Source: Setoptus koraiensis (lineage: Eukaryota; Animalia; Arthropoda). From it: DNA of 64,000 nucleotides. This document shows positions 54,110-64,000 of this stretch, in pieces. Within the stretch, counting starts at the first letter, position 1. Every line of letters starts with the position of its first letter. The position numbers were made by a program, and so were the translations under genes. Location: assembly GCA_048013815.1 (NCBI GenBank), contig CM106586.1, positions 10,106,001 to 10,170,000 of the forward strand, written 5' to 3'. The notes under the pieces were generated by a model. It worked only from the letters and a program-made list of their open reading frames with translations, was not told where the DNA came from and made no database searches.

Positions 54110-56920
54110 TTGATGGAATCTTTACACATGGATACACCAAAACGGATCAACAACGACACGGGCACTACAGAAATGTCAACTCTGACGTCTTTAGGACCGT
54201 TGGAATTGTTTAGTTCGGCCAACATGATGTTTGGTGACAATGATAGAATGGACGATACAGATACTAGCATTAATGATCGCGAACAGCAATTCAGTTTACA
54301 CAATGACCATCATCAAGGTGGAATCAGCCATGTTGTAGTGCCCTATAATGTAACAATTGATCATCAAGATCACGACCATCCACATCAGCATGGCTATGGT
54401 TCGTCGCTACTGTTCAGTCCAATTGGAGAGGATATGTCGATAAATGACGAAGACAATATCTTTGATCAAGTTCTCTACGTTTGTTCGCCTAAATCGGCAG
54501 ACAATCAATATCATGATGATCAAGCAATGATTAATATAACATCACCTATTAATCTCATTCGGCAGCGCACCAACACTAACTCTGTATCCTATCCCGAGAC
54601 GAGCATAGCTTGTACTTCTTCTTCGCAACATCATGCAACGAATGTGGTTAAATCAACGGCTTGTTTAGTTAATTCAACAAATGCATCAACATCAGCGGCA
54701 GCATCAAGAAACATGAGTGTCAAAAGTCGAAAGAACAAAACAACAGTTTGTAGAAAAGCCAAAGAAAGGAAATCAACGAACAACAAAAGTCAAAAAGAAG
54801 ACTCTGTTTGCATGAATAATACAGGTGTCAAAGGCGGACGCCGTAGGAACAGAGTTCACAAGAGTTCCGTTTATCGCGTGGATCCAGCAAACAATATCGA
54901 TGACTCATTGACAAATCTGAACTGGTTGAGAGATTTCTCATTCAGTTCTCTAAGGAATCCCGTCTACCACCATAACGATTACACAAATGAGCCAGAGAGA
55001 GGTTGCAAAAAGAAGACCAACGCCAGCATAGGCGGCTACACCAAATTTGTTGGGCCAAAGTCAACAAGTAATAAGAACAATCACTCATCTACAATAGCCA
55101 TGTCTATGAGTAAGACATGTAACATATCAGGAACACCAGCTGAGCCATTGACACCGCCTCACAGTCCAAGTATAGCCATCAAGATAGCGAGGCAGATCTT
55201 TGAAATACACGGGGCCACATTGAAACAGTTGCAAAAATTCAAGAGTCCGCCGAACAAGAAAGGTTATAATGAGTCCATTTGCAGCTCATTAAACAAGCAA
55301 TCAGAGGAATATTCGGCCAACACCAAATTAAATGATCATGATGTGACCGATACCAAATCGGAGACCAATGTTAAACCGGAGAGGCAGCGATGCGATGAGG
55401 AAACGTCACATAAAAATGTCCATCAAGACGCAGGTCACTTAATGCAAAATTGTTTAGACGATCAACGCGATGATAGTGATTATGCCTTGATGAGAGCGGT
55501 TAGTGCAAGTGGCAACCTAGTTTCTCATGATGATTGGCCAAAGGATATAGCACGCCACAATCAACAACAACAACATCAGCATCAACAACAACAACAACAA
55601 CAACAACACCAGCAATATATTGCCATCAATGATAATCTGATCAGCCGTGCAGAGCCATCAATTAGAGATCAATCGTCAGCAAATAATAGCAAGCACCCGT
55701 CTAATAGCAGCGGTGTTGGGTCCAGCCAAAATGAGGCGCAAACATTTTTCGAGCATTTGCCGAACAACGGTAGCAGTAACGTTAATAGTAACAATAATAA
55801 CAACAATCTGAGAAACAACAATATATTCGACAACAATCAAGACAGTTCGATCGATGAATTAAAAGAGCATCATCTTGTAGTGTATCATTACAATGGTAAC
55901 AATCATGATGCACAAGTGGACACAAGCAGAAACTGTGGATATAGCACCTCGCACACTATTTATGATCGCGCCAATCAACCAGTTTTACTCAACCAAAATC
56001 AAAGTTTCAATTCTATGGACAACTTATTAAATCAGAGAACGACAATCAGCAAGGATTGCCAACAACAACCGACCAATATAATGCCAGTTGCCGCGGCTGC
56101 AGTCTATGTGGCCGACAATAACGAACCTGTTCTTATAAGGGATATCAATTTAGCTGCGGCTACCTCTTGGGCCTCACCTTTTGACGAGGTGTCGCGAGGT
56201 GAAACAAACACATCAGGACACACTCAAAACTATCGGCACACCAGTCACATCCACCAACATCCTGTATATTCTGGCTTTGTTTTGGACGTGGATAATTGTG
56301 ATGGCAACCATCAACATCATCACCACCAATCACAACAACAACAGCACAATGATGATAACAGTGGCAACCAAAACGACGCAAATCGTCAGCAAGCCAATCA
56401 TCAGTACAATCACCATCAAACACAACAATTGACTGCCATGAGCAACATTGAGTCAAGATTCATTCATGATCATCAGCATCATCAAAATTTTATTTGTAAT
56501 AATAATAATATCACCAACACCAATGATATGAGCAGTTTCGTAAAACGAGAGATTCACGATATTCCTAATGCTAACGATATTGATCAATCAACGACTTTAA
56601 CAGACGACAACAACGATAATGTTGGTGATAATGATGAATCAGTCAATTCAATCAATCGAGTCAATACATCGAGTCATAATCGTCCAAATGAATATCGCAT
56701 TATATCGAAAACTAATAATGCAATAACTCTTGCGAATGATTACATTTATCACACCAATCAATCAGAGCATGTTATGAATCCGCAAACCTATAATCAGAAT
56801 ATACGCGTCAATCATATGGCCACAGAAAATATGTCAGAATGGATGTCTTGTTCTCCAGATTACGATGTGGCCTCATTCAATTTAGCTTCATCAAGTAGTA
56901 ATCAAGAAGTAAGTATATAA
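54110..56920 (+). CDS. FoxJ1-like low-complexity protein with a degenerate forkhead-like segment (936 aa; possible extra 3' exon after GTAAGT at 56909)
   Basis: Long single ORF; IDDSLTNLNWLRDFSF resembles FOXJ1 LDDSLTSLQWLQEFSI; weak forkhead-like alignment at 55154-55297. Confidence 0.6.
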   Translation: MMESLHMDTPKRINNDTGTTEMSTLTSLGPLELFSSANMMFGDNDRMDDTDTSINDREQQFSLHNDHHQGGISHVVVPYNVTIDHQDHDHPHQHGYGSSLLFSPIGEDMSINDEDNIFDQVLYVCSPKSADNQYHDDQAMINITSPINLIRQRTNTNSVSYPETSIACTSSSQHHATNVVKSTACLVNSTNASTSAAASRNMSVKSRKNKTTVCRKAKERKSTNNKSQKEDSVCMNNTGVKGGRRRNRVHKSSVYRVDPANNIDDSLTNLNWLRDFSFSSLRNPVYHHNDYTNEPERGCKKKTNASIGGYTKFVGPKSTSNKNNHSSTIAMSMSKTCNISGTPAEPLTPPHSPSIAIKIARQIFEIHGATLKQLQKFKSPPNKKGYNESICSSLNKQSEEYSANTKLNDHDVTDTKSETNVKPERQRCDEETSHKNVHQDAGHLMQNCLDDQRDDSDYALMRAVSASGNLVSHDDWPKDIARHNQQQQHQHQQQQQQQQHQQYIAINDNLISRAEPSIRDQSSANNSKHPSNSSGVGSSQNEAQTFFEHLPNNGSSNVNSNNNNNNLRNNNIFDNNQDSSIDELKEHHLVVYHYNGNNHDAQVDTSRNCGYSTSHTIYDRANQPVLLNQNQSFNSMDNLLNQRTTISKDCQQQPTNIMPVAAAAVYVADNNEPVLIRDINLAAATSWASPFDEVSRGETNTSGHTQNYRHTSHIHQHPVYSGFVLDVDNCDGNHQHHHHQSQQQQHNDDNSGNQNDANRQQANHQYNHHQTQQLTAMSNIESRFIHDHQHHQNFICNNNNITNTNDMSSFVKREIHDIPNANDIDQSTTLTDDNNDNVGDNDESVNSINRVNTSSHNRPNEYRIISKTNNAITLANDYIYHTNQSEHVMNPQTYNQNIRVNHMATENMSEWMSCSPDYDVASFNLASSSSNQEVSI

Positions 56921-57321
56921 CTTTTTTGTTTTGAACTCTAGATCGAATACCAATCCTAATAATGAACAGAATCATATCTAATACTTGGCTTCACTACTTT
57001 AGTCAACCTGGACATGACTTGTACATATAACCTTTACACTGCCAGATTGAAGATTTCAACCCTCAACTAACAGTCCTTAGGGGAATGTCATTCACCAACC
57101 ACACAACTACAAACATAACTAGTCATAATAATTTAATGTCACTAACCTTCATGATCTCATTAGTGAAGTAGAAAGGAAATCGAATGAAAAATTAAATAAA
57201 TAAACAAGTATGGCCAAAAATTTTCCTCTGTGAGCAATCATTATCATTATGCTTGCAAGTTCTTGAGCTTTGTTGTATCATTGGACAAGATTTCTCTCTG
57301 TATAATCAAAGGTGTGCCAAT

Positions 57322-59616
57322 TCAATTCTGTTGAAGTACATCATCAAGAACCTGGAGAGCCCTGTGCAGCGTGACCTCAATCCAGCAGGGACACTTTTTT
57401 ATGTCACCTCGTGAGTAATCCGGGTAGCCCCATCCTTTTACAAATGACATCGATAACATACACAATTTTCTGAGGTCGTCCACTCCAACTGCTGCCGCTG
57501 CAGATAGCGCGGAGCTATTAGCATGATGTAAGTTGCACGAAGGTCCTGGTAAATCAACACCGGTCACAGCAGCAGCTTGTAATGCCCCTGCTTCTCGTGC
57601 TGCCTGAGCTCTTGCAATCAATTGTTCGTGTGTGTAACACAAGTCAAATACCTTTAGTTTTCCACAGTTCGGATAAACCTTATGTACTCCATTCACGACT
57701 TTATATCCATTTTCCAAACTGTATGAGTAGTCCAGGTAAGGACTACTCAAAAAGATTGAGTTGCCCGATTTGTTCTCAAGCCAAACGTCGCCCTCGAAGT
57801 ACATCTCGAGTGTTACACCTGTGCGAAGAGAAGTATAGAGTCAGTAGAGAGATTATTGATGAATACTCGTGCAATTCATTGACTCTACTATCGATGAAGA
57901 CATTATATCGATTAAGTTACCTTTTCCAATGTGACATCTAGCTTTCTCAACTGCAGGTAGCCTGTGGACATTTAATAATGCTCCTAGACAGAATCTATCG
58001 CCAGCAGATGGATCTGTGTATCCGTCGATATTAACAACGGGACAGTTCATGGCCACTTTAAATGGTTCTCCAATTTGTTGATCCAATTCAAAATAAGCGA
58101 TCGAGCACCAATAATCAGGTAAAGGTTTGGTAGAGCATTGTCGAACGGGAGGTGACATGATTGGTTGCTGATTAAGGACAGCATTCGGAGTCGGCTGAGC
58201 TTGATGGATTGAAGGAGGCAATGGATGTCTCGAAGTTACAGCGGTAGGAGTTGGTATCGTCGACTGCTGGTTTAGAGGTGCTAATGAGGGCTGTATAGTT
58301 TGTGGTACCGTAGATGACTGCTGCTGCATTGTTTCTGGTGATACAGTCGGAGGTACAGAACTGGGAGGAGAGTCACTTGATGATGAATCGACAAGAATAG
58401 AAGGACTGTCATCAATATCATGAGACGACAAAGATAATGAGGATAAATCAAGACCTGAAGCAACAATACGTTCATAGTGATAAGGATTGACGCAAACTAA
58501 ATCACTCTTCAGATCGAACGCATGCGAGCAATATCTGTTATGTTTCAGTTCGTTTTTGTTTAGATCTGGCCAACGCCATATGCGAGCATAAATGACATGT
58601 GGGAATCCCTTTTTGCCAGCCACTTGTAAACGGCCATCTAGAGTCCTTTGTATTGTGACGCACTTTGACGGATTTGTACCACTGGTTGTTATAGCCGTTA
58701 TCAAAGCATCTAATTCGTCTCTTTTTTCTTTCATTTTCTTTACCAAGGATTCTATTGCACGCTTACTGAAAGATTCTGTCTCGCCGCATCTATGCATCAT
58801 CAAAGATTGTACAATACTCATACAAGCATCGGCGGATGTCGGTGTCTGATTTGTCTGATTGGCTTGGTTATGTTTATTAAATGTATTATCAGGTATCGGT
58901 GACGAATACGCAACACCACTGTCGATTTGTGTTTGATGTTGTTGTTGTTGTTGTTGGGATGAATGTTGCTGGGATGGTAAGGCAGGCGAAGGTATGTTAT
59001 GAGAGGAATCATACTCTGTCTCATTTAGATTAGATGTGATTGGCAGTTGAGAATAGTTATAGGAATCACCATGACTATTATCATAATGATGATTAGAATG
59101 ATTAGTGTGTCCAGTGGTGGGTCCTATCAGATGATTGTTATCTTGAGCCGGTGATGTATGCTGATCTTGGATAGGTGCAGCATGACGGTCTTGAACAGGT
59201 ATACGATGACCTTGGATTGCCGAAGAAGAATGGCCCTGTATGGGCGGTGGTGGTGGCGGCGGTGGCGGATGATGCTCTTGAACGGGCCAATTAAGATTGT
59301 TTTGAATTACTGTTGAATGATGTTGATCCGGGATCGTTTGTTGACGATGATCCTGAACTGGTGGTGTACGATGGTCGTGCAGTGGCGAGGAAATATGCTC
59401 TTGTAATGACGGAGGGAGATGATCTTGGTGTGGCGAAGGATTATGACCTTGATTAATAATAGTAGCACAATGTAATTGTTGAGCCAATTGTGCAACTGCC
59501 GGCGGATGTTGTTGTGTCTGATAATACGGAGAATGAGGATCGCCAGATTGGACAGGGTACGCTGAAGATGGTTCGACTATTTGCTCATAATTGTAGCCGT
59601 TTTGGTAGTCAGCCAT
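57322..59616 (-). CDS. SMAD4: SMAD4/Medea; exons 59616-57921 and 57818-57322 (102-bp intron)
   Basis: MH1 ([13 protein letters not shown]...[16 protein letters not shown]...[11 protein letters not shown]) and MH2 ([11 protein letters not shown]...[13 protein letters not shown]...SFVKGWG) are both present. Splicing AAAG|GTAACT...CACAG|GTGTA restores HIGKGVTLE. Confidence 0.96.
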
Positions 59617-60127
59617 GGTTCGAATGCCGTTTAGCTGTACCTCCGAAGTTAAAACAGCAGTAATAAGGGTTAATTAATGTGATTAAATTAGAGTTAACTT
59701 AAAATTGTTGTAGAGAAAAAATACTTTGAGTTTCGTAATTGAATTGTGCAAACAGCGACATTACCTCAATAAACATTTTGACAGGGGATGGTATCGAGTG
59801 CCGACCCCGTGTAAAGAACGGCGCGCTAAATTTAAATCAATAAAGCTTTCACTCATTGTGGAGCGGTTGGCTTTACGCACACAAATTGGGGCTAGGCAGT
59901 TGGAGTCAGCCCCTCAGCACAGTGTTCATTGTATCAATTGTTTAGCTTTTGTGCGATCAATGATCGATGGAAAAATTCTTTGTAAAATGCGAACACGTAC
60001 TACACTTGTCGGTGAACTTCATCCTTCTCATTCTTCATGTACATGTTTATATAAGCGCTTAATTTGAATGTTTCTCCAATTGTTTCTATTTTTAATACGC
60101 ACACATGAACTTTACATAAAGGTTAAT

Positions 60128-61084
60128 CTACTTGGGCAAGTATATTTTTTCATATTTACTAGTTACCAAGGGTAGCTTACTAGAGAGTTCAACCGGATTT
60201 ATCAATATTGAAACGGGAAGATTTAAATTGTCTAGTAGGGCTTCTCGATTAGTATACTCTCTCAACAAATAATCATTATTTAGCTCATAAAAGATTCGGG
60301 TATCATTTATTCTAGCCAACACGTTGTCAACACGTAGAAAGAATCGCGCCAATATAAATAAGCTCCTATTCATCACACGAACTTTAACATTGTATTGGGC
60401 AACGCCATTATCTGCTAGCTCATCCTCAAATAGATGCACATCATCATAGAATAGAATATCCTCTTTAACTTTGAGCTTATTCATGTCAATCCTTTCATCT
60501 GTATCACACACTGAAAATCGTCCGTTTGATGCAGCATTCGTCTTGCTTCCCGTATCCTCTTCCTTGTTGGGCTCCAACAATGTGCCACAGTAATTTGTTG
60601 TGAAGGTCCAGTCAAATTGCTTAACTCTGTTTCTGATGTACAGACAATCCGATCTTGCTGTCAACCATCCATCGGAAACAGCCACTCTGAGTGCATCATT
60701 GTTGTCTTGCACTAACTTGAGAGCGTCAAGAACGTTAAACTCAATACCGATGCCTTTTTCATTATTGTAAAGCCTCAACAAATTCCTATCGAATACCATG
60801 TCTGGTAGGCAGCTCAATTGGGGCAATTGGTGATAGTATTGACACAAGGAGCATCTTTTTGATTTGTTTTCCACACATGGTTTATCGCTAGACTTGGCTT
60901 CTGTCTGTTCGTTGTCGGTTTTACTGTTGAGATCAGTCGGTGAGTGTCTGGATGAGTTTCCGGAGCAGATACATTTTGAATGCAAAATGTGACTTTTTCG
61001 AGTCGTTATAGTCCATTGATGGAAGGGAAAGATGTCCTGGTGGACATTGTTTAAATCACTGCTTATGCTGTGTATGTTAGCCAT
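60128..61084 (-). CDS. TIPRL: TIP41-like protein (PP2A regulator)
   Basis: LPDMVF...IEFNVLDALKLV, FDWTFTTNYCGTL, ILFYDDVHLFEDELADNG and VKVRVM...LARFFLRVDNVL. Confidence 0.95.
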   Translation of the reverse strand: MANIHSISSDLNNVHQDIFPFHQWTITTRKSHILHSKCICSGNSSRHSPTDLNSKTDNEQTEAKSSDKPCVENKSKRCSLCQYYHQLPQLSCLPDMVFDRNLLRLYNNEKGIGIEFNVLDALKLVQDNNDALRVAVSDGWLTARSDCLYIRNRVKQFDWTFTTNYCGTLLEPNKEEDTGSKTNAASNGRFSVCDTDERIDMNKLKVKEDILFYDDVHLFEDELADNGVAQYNVKVRVMNRSLFILARFFLRVDNVLARINDTRIFYELNNDYLLREYTNREALLDNLNLPVSILINPVELSSKLPLVTSKYEKIYLPK

Positions 61085-61503
61085 CTCATATTTTATTTAT
61101 CCCATGAAATGAGTGTGATTGACAAGTTTCCTTCATTCAAGTAACATTAATGGTAGCCCCAAATTGGAGAAATTGGGAAACCACGCCATGTTGACAGAAT
61201 TATTTACACTCTTTTCCTCTGCAGACTGCAGTGCAGAGTCTGCACCGAAGCGCTCATAGATGTCGCCCTGCTTAGGGGGCGTGGACGCAGGACAAACCTC
61301 CGGAAACATTTGTGTCCAATGTAGTGCTGTGCTTTGAATCGTCAGAACATGCGTGTAGCGTCGTTTGTCCCAACCAGATTTAGACTAAAACTAATCTATT
61401 ATAATATTATAATAATTTGATATCAATAGATATATTTTCAATATACATTTATCTTTTCTTGAAAAACGTCTGACATCAACCCAGCACAGCTCTATAATTT
61501 AAA
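61085..61503. promoter_or_regulatory. Probable bidirectional promoter region between divergent TIPRL and RPL29
   Basis: Head-to-head start codons ~420 bp apart; inferred from layout only. Confidence 0.45.
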
Positions 61504-61716
61504 ATGGCTAAATCAAAGAATCATTCAACCCATCATCAAAACAGAAAGGATCACCGAAATGGTATCTTCAAGCCTAAAACCCACACCAAGGAATCGATGA
61601 AGGGGGTCGACCAAAAACTGCTGAGAAACCTCAAATATTCTCGTGCCAACAATAAAACGAGAGCCGAGCTTATCGAATTGGAAAAGAAATTGAGGCAAAG
61701 CAAAGGCAAAAAGTAA
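61504..61716 (+). CDS. RPL29: 60S ribosomal protein L29
   Basis: [25 protein letters not shown]...[12 protein letters not shown]. Confidence 0.95.
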   Translation: MAKSKNHSTHHQNRKDHRNGIFKPKTHTKESMKGVDQKLLRNLKYSRANNKTRAELIELEKKLRQSKGKK

Positions 61717-61887
61717 ATTTGTAAGAATTAGCCATTACAATGGGCACCAATAAATAAATCGTTGGGTCTTAAGGTACTGTGGCCTAAGAGTCGTATTGCT
61801 TTTTAAGTGTTGTGAGCAGTTGAGTGAAATTTTTATTTTTGATTATCTATCTAACAAAGGATGTACGAAGGCGAAGGAATGCCAATA

Positions 61888-62505
61888 TTAGGTGATATCA
61901 ATTGTTTCTATCTCAACTCCAGATCTGTTGGCCACCGTAGTATTTATAGGTTGAGTTGGCCCTAGTGGATTTCCCAGGTTACTGTGGCTATCAGTTCGCA
62001 CTTGTTGAGTTGGATTAGTGGACGTCAGAGGCTTCCTTACGGAGTCTATATTTTTAGGCTCTAACAAGAGTGTATTACACCTGATCTCCACTGGGCCTAC
62101 AAGACGGATTACACTGTCGGGCTTAATGTCCGTAAGCTTATCAATCGGTACCAATTCAATGGCTTTCATCTTATTTCCAGCCTGGTCCGAAAGAAGCAAA
62201 TGATACATCCTAGGGCCCTTTCTTTTTATATCTTTCTTGCCCGCTTTCTGAGGCTGATATTTGGAGGCTATTCTTTTGGCTGTGTTACCTGCATCGTCAT
62301 CTGCCTCCTCCTCTTCATCATCGGAATTGTTTTCATCTTCATCATCAATGTCCAAGAATGGGTTGGACATATCCTTGGCGGGCAAACTGATATCAAGGAC
62401 AGTTTCCACTCTCAAATATATACTATTATCGAATATTTTTTTCTTGGGGTCGACGGAAACGCTGGGCAGTGTTACTCTGTTCTGAGCAAACTCTGGATAG
62501 TCCAT
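61888..62505 (-). CDS. RMI1: RMI1-like OB-fold protein (short form; first ATG at 62505)
   Basis: LRVETVLDISLPA...PRMYHLLLSD...MKAIELVPI...LVGPVEIRCNTLLLEPKNI matches the RMI1 N-terminal OB fold (LQINSLVDVSQPA...SRMLMLQLTDG...GMEYQPI...LLLKPENV). TDRD3 is the less good alternative. Confidence 0.7.
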   Translation of the reverse strand: MDYPEFAQNRVTLPSVSVDPKKKIFDNSIYLRVETVLDISLPAKDMSNPFLDIDDEDENNSDDEEEEADDDAGNTAKRIASKYQPQKAGKKDIKRKGPRMYHLLLSDQAGNKMKAIELVPIDKLTDIKPDSVIRLVGPVEIRCNTLLLEPKNIDSVRKPLTSTNPTQQVRTDSHSNLGNPLGPTQPINTTVANRSGVEIETIDIT

Positions 62506-62579
62506 TATCAGTTCTTCAGTTCTTATCTGGTTCTTCCTTGAAGTCAATGACGCTCAATTATACTAGTAGTTTCGCTGCG

Positions 62580-62972
62580 CTATATTTTGAATCCTGTCTT
62601 GAGTGCTAATATTTCATCCCGTTTCAATGGTTTCAGTTTGAAACCTGACAATTCCGGCTTTCCTTCGAGTTCCCTAAGATTGTCAACTTTTTTCTTCAAT
62701 TCTTCGTGCAGTTCATTTATACCTTTATCTAAACTAGATAGATCGTCTGTCACAAGATTTTTCGCTTCGTTTGGGGTAACCTTGATGAACATGTTACCTA
62801 TACAAAGCCATTGTTTGTTGGTGCCAAGAGAGGATTGATTCTTTGTCAAATAATTGTACACCTCGCGATTTTTGTGTCGTTTACGGTCTAAATCGATCTT
62901 TTGAGCTTGATCATTGATAATGTCATCTGCTAGTAATTCTACTTGACTGAGAGCTTTGGTGATTTTATCCAT
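62580..62972 (-). CDS. PDRG1: p53 and DNA damage-regulated protein 1 (prefoldin beta-like)
   Basis: From ATG 62972: LSQVELLADDII...IDLDRKRHKNRE...WLCIGNMFIKV...LRELEGKPELSGFKLKPLKRDEILAL. Confidence 0.88.
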   Translation of the reverse strand: MDKITKALSQVELLADDIINDQAQKIDLDRKRHKNREVYNYLTKNQSSLGTNKQWLCIGNMFIKVTPNEAKNLVTDDLSSLDKGINELHEELKKKVDNLRELEGKPELSGFKLKPLKRDEILALKTGFKI

Positions 62973-64000
62973 AATAATAATAAGTGATGAACCAAATATT
63001 AGCGACCATAGAAGTGAGAACCAAAACGACAACAATTGAGTGCAATTAGCGCACAAATATATAAAGTGGCACAGTGATTATTATAAATTCGATTTGTGCG
63101 CAGACTAGGAACAATACTCGTTACTGGCACTGATTTGTGGACGCTTTGTCGCAAAATTGATAGTTTGACACCTCCTTTCTTCGAATAGCTATCAAGATTA
63201 GGTCAGTCTCAGGTTGCTTGGATTCGATTCATTAAACGTACTTGTAGTTTTGTGGCTCTAGCTTCAACAATGTGAGAGTGTCAGAACTTAAATACGATGT
63301 ATGAATTGAAATTTTTCAGTTTCATGTCACTGAAAATTTTCGTGAACTTTCGTCCCTTTGCGAGGGAAGAGCTGTCCGCTATATTCATCTTCGAAGCCTT
63401 GTAATCTTTTGCTGGGAATATATGGAAGCTCAAAGTATCTTTTACGGTCGAGATCTACACGTCTTTCCCGCTCATATACCGGTTTGGGCGAAAGTTAGTG
63501 ATTCTGAATATGGTTTCTCGGCTGAAAATAAGCAAGATAAGGCCCAAGTTAGGCTCTAGGGTACCAGAACGTTTGGTTCTATGTACCATTTTCCTGTTTT
63601 TCGCCCGGCCCTGGTTTTTCTGGTGTCTTAGGAGACGCCAGAAAATAGATGTACGCGCGCTTTTCTGTGCAGTTTTAAGTTGAAAGCTGAGTAGCGCCGC
63701 CCTGGCGACTTGACAGAAAAGCGACATGAGGGCCATCGGCAAAAGCGCACACTGCACAATGCCGAATCCGAGAACAATCGTCAGCTGAGAAATTGTGTGC
63801 AATCAACGTGCACATTATTCTGAGTCATGCAACAACATTGAATACATTCCAGTGAGCCTTTCCAAATAATTTGATTGTTGCTTGTCGTTCAAGCTTTGTA
63901 ATTTTGTGATATTTCATAATCAACTTTCATTACTATCTGTCGCCTGAAATACCGAATCTAATGTCACTATTACTACATTTTACAGTTTCAGTTTGACTTA

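Noticed and set aside
63300-63802. Short ORFs at the right end
   Set aside because: No recognisable homology or consistent splice model.

Overview
Eukaryotic (animal) genomic DNA, not prokaryotic: it has GT-AG introns, microsatellites and metazoan genes. The compact, intron-poor layout and gene set suggest a small arthropod genome, plausibly an eriophyoid-type mite (inference). One 500-N gap lies at 1719-2218. Genes in order: glucosylceramidase (5' part, running off the left edge, not in the ORF track), MSL1, a 4-TM membrane protein, a Groucho-like protein with no WD40 domain, a spaetzle/neurotrophin-1-like gene, an intronless 5156-aa cubilin, a 4-exon boudin-like Ly6 gene (not in the ORF track), RBX1, GLRX5, a FoxJ1-like protein with an apparently decayed forkhead domain, SMAD4/Medea, TIPRL, RPL29, RMI1-like and PDRG1. 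The most unusual structure is a ~3.3-kb scrambled cassette (26012-29342) inside predicted intron 1 of the spaetzle-like gene. It holds VPS15 split into oppositely oriented pieces bounded by 171-bp inverted repeats, a TSC2 fragment between perfect 49-bp direct repeats, and fold-back junctions. One excision plus one inversion would rebuild a continuous but incomplete VPS15 frame. A second gene-fragment mosaic (decayed RING fingers plus a DHX15 piece) lies at 11.2-12.3 kb. The sequence alone cannot tell in vivo rearrangement from an amplification or assembly chimera.
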